This document shows, piece after piece, positions 18,711 to 26,863 of a stretch of 58,872 nt of DNA. The position numbers and the translations under genes were made by a program. How positions within the stretch are numbered: the stretch's first letter is position 1; the number at the start of each line of letters is the position of its first letter. The stretch comes from an uncultured Bacteroidales bacterium (GTDB taxonomy: Bacteria > Bacteroidota > Bacteroidia > Bacteroidales > UBA7960), in the NCBI GenBank assembly GCA_964390665.1, contig CAYMLS010000001.1, forward strand, positions 1 through 58,872. The letters run 5' to 3'. Below the pieces are notes generated by a model. The model saw nothing but the letters and a program-made list of their open reading frames with translations. It was not told the DNA's origin and ran no database searches.

Positions 18711-20333
18711 CTAAAAACCGTTCAATTCCATGGTAACGGTTGGTATCAGCAGCAAAAACCCAAGGATGATCAAAATAACGATGAGTGGCCAAACAAATTT
18801 CACCCATTTTTGATAAGGGATCTTTGCAATGCCGAGCACTGCGATCAGAATACCGGAAGTGGGTGTGATCATATTGGTAAAACCATCTCCAAACTGAAAA
18901 GCCATTACCGTCGCCTGTCTCGATATGCCGATAAGATCACTAAAAGGAGCCATAATGGGCATTGTAATGGCCGCTTTTGCTGAACCTGATGGGATAACAA
19001 TGTTGATGACCGTCTGTATCATATACATAACACTCACCGAGGCAACATCACCAAAATTACCCATGGCTTTGGATAAACCATATAAGATGGAATCAATAAT
19101 ACCACCATCTTCCAATACAACAATAATTCCACCTGCCAACCCAACAATAATAGCAGCCGACATGATGTCTTTCACACCATCAAGGAACAGAACGGCGATC
19201 TGATCCGCACTTTTGTTGATGGAAACCCCACTGGCAATGCCCAGTCCCAAAAAGAGGGTGGCAATTTCCATCACGTACCATCCATACCCCATCACGCCAA
19301 TGATCAGAAATACGATCGTGTAAGCCAACAACAACAATATAAAAAAGTGAACCGATTTCTTCAAACTCAATATGCCGGATATAGCGAATAAACCCGTAAA
19401 CAAGGGAATAATCCAGAAGGAAAAGGATGCATTTCCGATGGTAAGCGTAGTATTGGGATACAAAAAAGAAAAAATCAACAACACCAATAAAACGAAGGCA
19501 TAAACAAACCATGCGATCTTAGGTGTATAATAAGTAACTTTTTCGCCTGCCTCCTGTTCTTTTCTTTTGCGCCAGTATTCATCCTCCTTGTACATGATCG
19601 AAGATTGCGGGTTTCGCCGGATTTTTGAGGCATAGCGCAACACAAAAAATATCCCGACCACATTGATGATCAGCCAGGAAAACATGCGATACTCAATACC
19701 GGAAAATAGCGGAATATCAGCCAAACCCTGGGCAATGCCAATGGTAAAAGGGTTAAGGATAGCACCTGCAAAACCCAGGTGTGCACCAATATACACCAAT
19801 GAAACACCTGTAAGTGAATCATAACCCATGGAAATAGCCAAGGGAATAAGGATGATAACAAAGGCTATGGTTTCTTCACTCATGCCGAATACAGCGCCGA
19901 AAACACTGAAAAGTATCATGATCAGACCAAAAATAATATTATCAACACCCAACCGCTGCATGATCGATGTATGCTCAATTTTTTTTGTAAACTTCAGAAA
20001 GGAAAAAATACCCACATCAATGGCTTTGCTTTGATTCATGATCCAGAAGGCACCCCCGATCATCAGAATAAAAATAATGATGTTGCTTTGCTTCACAAAC
20101 CCCTTAAACAAGGCTGAAAAAACCTGCCAGGTCTGCACCCTGGCATCAAATTCCGACTTGTAAGGTTCAGGAAGATCCTCCTCGTAGTAAAACTGAACTT
20201 CTGTTTTAACTTCTCCGTTTTCGGTATAAGTCTTTGGAATATATTTCCCCGGCGGTATAAACCAGGTTAAAATAGCGGCAAAAACAATAATAGCGAAAAC
20301 AATCACATAGGTATGGGGTACTTTTTTCAGCAT
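18711..20333 (-). CDS. YfcC-family (DcuC-like) polytopic transporter
   Basis: 540 aa and highly hydrophobic. N-terminus MLKKVPHTYVIVFAIIVFAAILTWFIPPGKY is typical of YfcC-type carriers. Confidence 0.8.
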   Translation of the reverse strand: MLKKVPHTYVIVFAIIVFAAILTWFIPPGKYIPKTYTENGEVKTEVQFYYEEDLPEPYKSEFDARVQTWQVFSALFKGFVKQSNIIIFILMIGGAFWIMNQSKAIDVGIFSFLKFTKKIEHTSIMQRLGVDNIIFGLIMILFSVFGAVFGMSEETIAFVIILIPLAISMGYDSLTGVSLVYIGAHLGFAGAILNPFTIGIAQGLADIPLFSGIEYRMFSWLIINVVGIFFVLRYASKIRRNPQSSIMYKEDEYWRKRKEQEAGEKVTYYTPKIAWFVYAFVLLVLLIFSFLYPNTTLTIGNASFSFWIIPLFTGLFAISGILSLKKSVHFFILLLLAYTIVFLIIGVMGYGWYVMEIATLFLGLGIASGVSINKSADQIAVLFLDGVKDIMSAAIIVGLAGGIIVVLEDGGIIDSILYGLSKAMGNFGDVASVSVMYMIQTVINIVIPSGSAKAAITMPIMAPFSDLIGISRQATVMAFQFGDGFTNMITPTSGILIAVLGIAKIPYQKWVKFVWPLIVILIILGFLLLIPTVTMELNGF

Positions 20334-20566
20334 TTTCGTAACATATTTTTATACATCCGACTAATATGGATCAATCCCTGATCCCTTTTTTTAAACACAC
20401 TCAAAAAACTGCGCTCACCCAATAAAGGATCATCATCGCTGAAAGACAATGCTTTTTGAACGATCCGCAAAATTATATGGAAAAACAAGAACAAGATAAA
20501 ATGATCGACGGTTGTGGTAATTCTCCCAGACGATAAACAGCACTTTAATTTACATGTCATTAAGAA

Positions 20567-21448
20567 CTAACGATACACAGGGAAAACTTCACCTGGCAAA
20601 TAAACATCAAGGCGCAGGTTTTCACCTCCCAGTTTTCCATCTTTTTCTTTCACAGAAGTATTGGGATTAGAAAAAACCAAAACCTGTGATTCGCCCACTA
20701 CCTCTGCTTCATCATTTCTGATCCATACCGCTGTAGATTCATCGATTCCGATTCCAGTAACATCAGGATATTGCAAAATGGCTGTCAGCAATCTGTTATG
20801 CCGGCTTCGCCAGACAAAGTGCTGATCAACAACTACATCTTCCAAAAGACCAAGTCCTTCAGCGATTTCTATGTTTTGTGCTTCGAGCGTGCGAAAGGTA
20901 CTCCTGTAGTCTTCATACCTCAGTTCATCACCCGTGATCATCATTTTACTCATGACAGCAGCACCGGCACTTGTTCCGGCGATCATGCAACCGTTTTTAT
21001 ACGCTTCATGAATAGCGCCGGTAATATCGGTTCCCTGAACTATGTCCATAAAACGGTTTTGGTCGCCTCCACTGATATAAATAAGGGAAGCATTTTTCAG
21101 AGAGTCTATTCTTTGCGGAGATGGTGTTGCATCTCTGGTAAAATTAAAACCGGTAACTTTTGAAGAATCTAACCCATTTCTCCAGAACTGTTCTGAAGAC
21201 CAGATTATGGCGGAGTCAGACAATTCGCTTGACATGGGCAGAATAACCACATAACCTTCGGTATCAACGCCTGATCCTGTAATCATTTTTTCAACCATAC
21301 TATCGGGTCTGCTTCCTCCTCCGATAATAAAAAGGCTTCCCTGAATATCTTTCTGCTCCTTTTTTACAGATTCACGATCATTCAGCTGACAGGAGGAGAA
21401 AAAAAACAAAAGAGAAAATACAAAGGGCAATGATATAATAGTATGCAT
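20567..21448 (-). CDS. Cyanophycinase-like peptidase (family S51), exported lipoprotein
   Basis: 293 aa. Lipobox FFFSSCQ, then FIIGGGS, ISGGDQNRF and the catalytic-serine motif GTSAGAAVMS. Confidence 0.8.
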   Translation of the reverse strand: MHTIISLPFVFSLLFFFSSCQLNDRESVKKEQKDIQGSLFIIGGGSRPDSMVEKMITGSGVDTEGYVVILPMSSELSDSAIIWSSEQFWRNGLDSSKVTGFNFTRDATPSPQRIDSLKNASLIYISGGDQNRFMDIVQGTDITGAIHEAYKNGCMIAGTSAGAAVMSKMMITGDELRYEDYRSTFRTLEAQNIEIAEGLGLLEDVVVDQHFVWRSRHNRLLTAILQYPDVTGIGIDESTAVWIRNDEAEVVGESQVLVFSNPNTSVKEKDGKLGGENLRLDVYLPGEVFPVYR

Positions 21449-21464
21449 TGTTTTGGTTTAAAAA

Positions 21465-21503
21465 GTAAACAAAAGGCCGCAATGATTGAAAACTGCGGCC
21501 TTT
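21465..21503 (-). terminator. Intrinsic terminator after the PKD/anchor-J gene
   Basis: On the minus strand AAAGGCCGCA-gttttcaatcat-TGCGGCCTTT is followed by TGTTT. Confidence 0.7.
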
Positions 21504-21517
21504 CTATGAAAAATTCA

Positions 21518-22438
21518 TTACTTACCTGATTGGAAAAGATGGATGTTTGTGAGTCCGATCCGGTCATTATCCGTTGAGTCATGATGTCTGAAAGCAATAT
21601 AGATCTGCTCACCGGCAAATTCGGTCATATCGATGTTCCGGGTTATCCACACCCAGTTTTCCATTTCACTTGTCAGTCTTTCAGTAAACACCAGATCAAA
21701 GTCTTCGGGATCAGTACCCGAAACCGATACCATGACACTGTAGTTTTCTGCCCTGAATTCCGGTGTATTGGCGGTTGGTGTTACATCCCATTCCAGTTTC
21801 ATGGAAGAGGTAACTTCGGTAAGATCTATTTGAGGCGTTACGATCCAGTTGTCGGGCGTTAGTGGATCGCCATCCCATGAGCGTGACAAAATATAGAATT
21901 CACCTTCAAAAGCATCCCAGTACCAGTTCCGACCGTCGCCATCTTCATCCAGCAAAGACCATCCCTCGGGTGGGAAGTTATTTTCCAGATCGGGGTTGTC
22001 AAATTTCTCTTCAAACAAAGTTGGAACCAGGGATATAATGTTTTCTGCTGTAAGGTTATTGTAATGCAGATCTGCCTGTTCAGCAGGAGGGGTCACCTCA
22101 AGGGTCACGTCATAGATCCCGTCTTCTGTATAAACATATACAGGATTTTCTTCCGCAGAGGTATCGCCATTCCCGAAATCCCAGAGATATCCGCCGGCAT
22201 TGAGAGATTGGTTAATAAAAGTAACCTCGTAATTCAACTCACCCGTTTCCTCATTGTTTACGAAAACCACTTCAAATTCAAAAGCGGCCTGTGTACTTGC
22301 CACAGGCACCTTCATTTCTTCTTCTTCGCAGGAGGTTATCAGAACAGCAAAAAAGAGCAGAAACGATATTTGGGAAACATATTTTCTATGCAGAAAATAT
22401 ACATTTTTAAAAAAATCATCGATATGCTTTGATTTCAT
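21518..22438 (-). CDS. Surface lipoprotein with a PKD domain and a choice-of-anchor-J / cleaved-adhesin-like domain
   Basis: 306 aa. Lipobox LITSCEE, PKD signature YLWDFGNGDTSAEENPVYVYTEDGIYDVTLEV, and C-terminal DGDGRNWYWD...PDNWIVTPQIDL...YSVMVSVSG. Confidence 0.7.
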   Translation of the reverse strand: MKSKHIDDFFKNVYFLHRKYVSQISFLLFFAVLITSCEEEEMKVPVASTQAAFEFEVVFVNNEETGELNYEVTFINQSLNAGGYLWDFGNGDTSAEENPVYVYTEDGIYDVTLEVTPPAEQADLHYNNLTAENIISLVPTLFEEKFDNPDLENNFPPEGWSLLDEDGDGRNWYWDAFEGEFYILSRSWDGDPLTPDNWIVTPQIDLTEVTSSMKLEWDVTPTANTPEFRAENYSVMVSVSGTDPEDFDLVFTERLTSEMENWVWITRNIDMTEFAGEQIYIAFRHHDSTDNDRIGLTNIHLFQSGK

Positions 22439-22462
22439 AGTACAATATTTTTAATGCTAAAA

Positions 22463-23818
22463 TTAATACCCTGGATTTTGATCACTATTGTTGATGGCAT
22501 CATTGGCCAAAATTTCGTTCAATGGAATGGGAAAAAGGGTTTGATTGGCATTATTCACTCCGTCGAGCACTTCAATGGCCCGGTTGGTCCTCACCAGATC
22601 AAACCATCTGTGCCCCTCAAAAGCAAATTCGAGACGACGTTGTTCCTCAATTTCGAGCAGCAGGTCGTCAAAAATGGTGACAGTCACAGGATCAAGTTCA
22701 GCCCTCTCCCTGAGAGCATTGATATCAGATAAAATCATCAGCGGATCTTCTTCGAGAAGAGCATTCGCTTCTGCCCTTATCAGATACATCTCTGCCAGGC
22801 GAAAAACATAGATATTATCAGTGTTTGTTTGCAGGTCGCTGTATCTGTTCACATAGGGTTCTTCACCATTGTAGGCAATGGAAACCTCTAGCCTTTCATC
22901 GTCAGGGTCATAATTATCAATCACAGATTGAGTAGGGGAAAATTCATATCTTCCGCTAAGATCGGTGGGAAAAAAGTATTGCGCCATCAAACTCCGGTCT
23001 TGTTCATTAAATTCAATTTCGAAGATCGATTCACTGTTTTCGCTCCCGTTAAAAAGAACCTGAAATTCGGGTTCCAGTTCCAGTCCAAAATCGTTGATAA
23101 CGAAAGTGGCGGCATCCACAGCAGTTATAAGATAACTTTGGTCGCCATTGATATAATAATAATAAAGGTTTGCCCGGGCTTTCAAGGCCAGCAAGGCAGC
23201 CATGGAAGCCCTCCCTGTGATGATCTCAGAAGAAATAAGTCCCTCAGACGCTTCAATATCATCCCAGACTGCCTCATATACTTCTTCAACAGAATTTCGG
23301 GGGGCATTTAATGATTCTTCATCATTGGTAATGGGTTCCGTTCTAACGGGAACACCCCCGAAGAGACGGACAAGATCGAAATGAGCCAGTGCTCTGAGAA
23401 AATATAACTCCCCTTTGATCAGGTTCTTTTCGGTTTCACCGATGGCGTTCTCATCCAGATTATCCAAATTAACCATCAGGTTATTGATCCGGTTAAGGGC
23501 AGTATAAATATCACTCCATATCCCTTCCACATAAATATTATCAGAAATGATAGAATTATTATCCATTTGATTATACGCTGCACTGGTGCCCGACCAATTC
23601 AGGTTATCGGCACTGAGATCACCCACAGCAATATAGTCCATGCCATAATATCCAACAGACTGGAAAGCATCATAGCATCCGTTTAATGCCCGCCGGGCAT
23701 CATTCTCACTGGTAATGGCATCGTCGGAGGGTATACTGTGCTGGGGTTCCACTTCCAGAACATCGCAGGAAGCAAACCACAGTAAGGAAATAGCGATTAA
23801 AAATATTTTATTTTTCAT
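22463..23818 (-). CDS. SusD/RagB-family nutrient-binding lipoprotein
   Basis: 451 aa. Lipobox WFASCD, and TPR-like SusD hallmarks (LRALAHFDLVRLFGGVP, ERRLEFAFEGHRWFDLVR). Confidence 0.9.
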   Translation of the reverse strand: MKNKIFLIAISLLWFASCDVLEVEPQHSIPSDDAITSENDARRALNGCYDAFQSVGYYGMDYIAVGDLSADNLNWSGTSAAYNQMDNNSIISDNIYVEGIWSDIYTALNRINNLMVNLDNLDENAIGETEKNLIKGELYFLRALAHFDLVRLFGGVPVRTEPITNDEESLNAPRNSVEEVYEAVWDDIEASEGLISSEIITGRASMAALLALKARANLYYYYINGDQSYLITAVDAATFVINDFGLELEPEFQVLFNGSENSESIFEIEFNEQDRSLMAQYFFPTDLSGRYEFSPTQSVIDNYDPDDERLEVSIAYNGEEPYVNRYSDLQTNTDNIYVFRLAEMYLIRAEANALLEEDPLMILSDINALRERAELDPVTVTIFDDLLLEIEEQRRLEFAFEGHRWFDLVRTNRAIEVLDGVNNANQTLFPIPLNEILANDAINNSDQNPGY

Positions 23819-23830
23819 AGTAAACGGTTT

Positions 23831-26776
23831 TTAAAGTCCTAAATTGATTCCTACGGATATTGATCTTGCCTGCGGATAAGTAAAGAAATCGGTACCCTGA
23901 ATAATGTTGGAAGGACCGGCATAATTCACTTCAGGATCCATGCCACTGTAATTGGTAAAAGTGAGCAGGTTTTGTCCGGTAACAAAAAGGCGTGCCGACT
24001 GCATACCTGTTCTTGCCAGCAGATCCTTATCAAGATTATAGGATAAAGAAACATTTTTCACCCTTAAGAAAGATCCATCTTCAATAAAACGGGATGATAT
24101 TCTGTTATTGTTGTTAGGATCGCGCCCTGTGGCTCTGGGGATATCAGTGATATCTCCGGGTTCTCTCCATCTGTCGAGAACGGCAGTGGTTTGGTTGTCG
24201 CTACCTTTCATGGATTCAATAAAAATACGTGTCCCATTAAAGATATCATTTCCATAGGAGAATTGCAAAAACACGCTGAGTTCAAAACTGCCATACATGA
24301 AATTATTGGCAAACCCGCCTGTAAAATCGGGATTGGGGTCTCCGATCTTTGTTCGGTCGTTGGCATCGATCACCCCATCTCCTGAAACATCTTCAAAAAC
24401 CATATCACCCGTTGAAGGATCAACACCCAGACTGTTAAATCCATAGAAGATCCCCAGGGGTTCTCCAACCCTTACACTGTTGCTACCCCGTCCGATATTG
24501 TCGAGCGGTTGATCTTTATAAAGAGACAGGATCTTGTTTTCGTTATGTGATATATTCAGGGAGGAAGTCCAGGTAAAATTTCCTTGTTCAACATTTACAG
24601 ATTTGATGCCTAATTCCACCCCACGGTTTTGCAGTTCTCCGATATTGGATGTGATGCTGAAGAATCCGGATGTAAGAGAAACGGGTCTGCTAAACAGGAG
24701 GTCTTCAGTCCGGTTACGGTAATAATCCACAGAAACCTCAAGTCTGTCCTGCCACAATCCAACATCCAACCCAAAATTCACCTGGTAGGTAGTTTCCCAT
24801 TTCAGGTCGGGATTTGCCAGACCTAACGGGTAAATACCCGATTGTCCGAGGTAATTACTACCTCCCCCGTAAAGGTCGAGATAAGCGAAATCAGGAATTC
24901 CGTCGTTACCGGTCACACCATAGCTGGCTCTTAGTCTGAATTCATTCATGGGAGAGTTCATATCCTGAAAAAATCCTTCCTCAGAAACGCGCCATGCCAT
25001 AGAAGCCGCCGGGAAAAATCCATAACGGTTGTTTTCACTAAATTTGGATGACCCATCATATCTGGCAGAAGCAGATAAAATGTATTTATAATCAAAATTG
25101 TATTTCAGTTGTGAGAAGAAAGAGTTGATCCCCCTGTTTACAGCATTAGCAGATGCGGTTGTAATGGTACCGGCTTCTGCCAGGTATTGCAGTTGCTCAT
25201 TGGGAAAGTCAACACCTCTGATAAAAGAATTTCTTCTCTGAAACATCTCAAAGGAATATCCACCCAGCAGTTCCAGGTTGTGAAGGTCAGCAAAGGTATT
25301 GACGTAGCGAAGTGTATTGTTGGAAACAATGTTTAAAACGTTGTTTTGTGCGGCCAGTCCAATACCATTGGAACGTGCCCCCTGCCTGGTGGTAATGGGA
25401 TCGTAACTATGTTCGCGCAGACTTAGATAGTCAAAACTCCATTTGGTTCCGAGGGTAAGATTGGAAAGGATCTTATAATCTGCGAAAGCATTACCAATGG
25501 TTCGGTAAGAGTGTGCCTGATTGATGGCCTCTTTTCCAATAGCAACCGGATTGGCGAATGGCGGGTCTTCGTTGTAAGACCCATCATCATTGTAAACCGG
25601 ATAAATGGCAGGATTGGCAATAGCATTGGCAAGGGGAGCATTGAGCGATTGGTCGCCCTCCACTCTGTTATTCAGTGAGTAACTCGCACCAAACCCTGCA
25701 CCGATTTTCAGATTATCATTGACAGTATGATCCACATTGAGGCGGGTATTTAGCCTTTCATAAGAAGTACCAATGAGGATTCCCTCCTGATTGAAATAGC
25801 TCCCGGAGATATAAAACTGTGTATTTTCATTTCCACCATTGGCGCTGATCTCATAATTACTCATGGGTGAGGTACTCAGCACCTGATCCAACCAATCGGT
25901 ATCAACCGGATTTTCGGGGTTGTCGGGTGTAGTACCTTTTAAATCGTGCCACTGCTCTGCATTGAGCATATCCAATCTTTTTTCGAGATCCTGCCAACCA
26001 TATGTGGCGGTAAAATTAATTTTTGTTTTTTGGGTGGTACCCCTTTTGGTTGTAATAAGAATAACACCATTGGTGGCACGTGCTCCGTAAATGGCAGCAG
26101 CAGAGGCATCTTTCAAAACAGTGATCGATTCAATGTCATTGGGATTAAGGTCGGACAGTGCATTAATGCTTTGCCCTGAAAACCCTACCTGTCCGTAATT
26201 ACCTGTTGTAACGGGTATTCCGTCCACCACATACAAAGGTTCATTTCCTGCCGTAATGGAGCTGTTACCCCTTATTCTGACAGAAGTGGCAGCACCTGGT
26301 GTTCCTGAATTCTGGTTGATCTGCACACCGGCAGAGCGTCCCTGGAGAACTCCATCGATGGTTTTCATGGGTACATCGCGGATATCATTTTCACTCACCA
26401 CACCCAGCGAACCCGAGATCAGTTTACTGGATTCGGTGCCGTATCCTACCACAACTACTTCTCCCAGATTCTCAACATCCATCATCATACTGACATTGAT
26501 GATGCTTCTGCCGTTTACAGGGATTTCTTCAGTAACCATTCCTACAAATGAAAATACCAGGGTGTCATTAGCTGCTGCAGACAGCTGGTATTCTCCGTCT
26601 ATGCCTGTTGTAGTTCCGGTAGTTGTTCCTTTCACCTGCACGGTAACACCTGGCAGGGGATCGTCATTGTCCATAAAGGACGTTACGGTGCCGCTTATGG
26701 TTACATTTTGCGCCTGCAATGCTGACGCAAAAAAGATAAGCATTATACACAACAATTTTAATAATCTTGTTACCAT
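23831..26776 (-). CDS. SusC/RagA-family TonB-dependent outer-membrane transporter
   Basis: Track ORF 23831..26854 starts at TTG. The ATG at 26776 gives MVTRLLKLLCIMLIFFASALQAQ, then a carboxypeptidase-regulatory-like domain, plug (DIESITVLKDASAAAIYGARATNGVILITTKRG) and a barrel ending in F. Confidence 0.92.
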   Translation of the reverse strand: MVTRLLKLLCIMLIFFASALQAQNVTISGTVTSFMDNDDPLPGVTVQVKGTTTGTTTGIDGEYQLSAAANDTLVFSFVGMVTEEIPVNGRSIINVSMMMDVENLGEVVVVGYGTESSKLISGSLGVVSENDIRDVPMKTIDGVLQGRSAGVQINQNSGTPGAATSVRIRGNSSITAGNEPLYVVDGIPVTTGNYGQVGFSGQSINALSDLNPNDIESITVLKDASAAAIYGARATNGVILITTKRGTTQKTKINFTATYGWQDLEKRLDMLNAEQWHDLKGTTPDNPENPVDTDWLDQVLSTSPMSNYEISANGGNENTQFYISGSYFNQEGILIGTSYERLNTRLNVDHTVNDNLKIGAGFGASYSLNNRVEGDQSLNAPLANAIANPAIYPVYNDDGSYNEDPPFANPVAIGKEAINQAHSYRTIGNAFADYKILSNLTLGTKWSFDYLSLREHSYDPITTRQGARSNGIGLAAQNNVLNIVSNNTLRYVNTFADLHNLELLGGYSFEMFQRRNSFIRGVDFPNEQLQYLAEAGTITTASANAVNRGINSFFSQLKYNFDYKYILSASARYDGSSKFSENNRYGFFPAASMAWRVSEEGFFQDMNSPMNEFRLRASYGVTGNDGIPDFAYLDLYGGGSNYLGQSGIYPLGLANPDLKWETTYQVNFGLDVGLWQDRLEVSVDYYRNRTEDLLFSRPVSLTSGFFSITSNIGELQNRGVELGIKSVNVEQGNFTWTSSLNISHNENKILSLYKDQPLDNIGRGSNSVRVGEPLGIFYGFNSLGVDPSTGDMVFEDVSGDGVIDANDRTKIGDPNPDFTGGFANNFMYGSFELSVFLQFSYGNDIFNGTRIFIESMKGSDNQTTAVLDRWREPGDITDIPRATGRDPNNNNRISSRFIEDGSFLRVKNVSLSYNLDKDLLARTGMQSARLFVTGQNLLTFTNYSGMDPEVNYAGPSNIIQGTDFFTYPQARSISVGINLGL

Positions 26777-26863
26777 AACATAAAATTTGGTTTGTTTTGA
26801 TTGCTTGTTGAATAAATAATATTGGTTTGCAAGTATAGTAAGTTTTTTTGACAACTCGTTTTT

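Noticed and set aside
20327-20560. 77-codon minus-strand ORF between the cyanophycinase-like and YfcC genes
   Set aside because: Cys/Leu-rich implausible sequence that overlaps the YfcC start. More likely a 233-nt intergenic promoter region.
26256-26783. 175-codon plus-strand ORF and other ORFs antisense to SusC/SusD, uvrA, serS, the TPR gene and others
   Set aside because: They are fully embedded antisense to genes with strong family signatures and have no motifs of their own.
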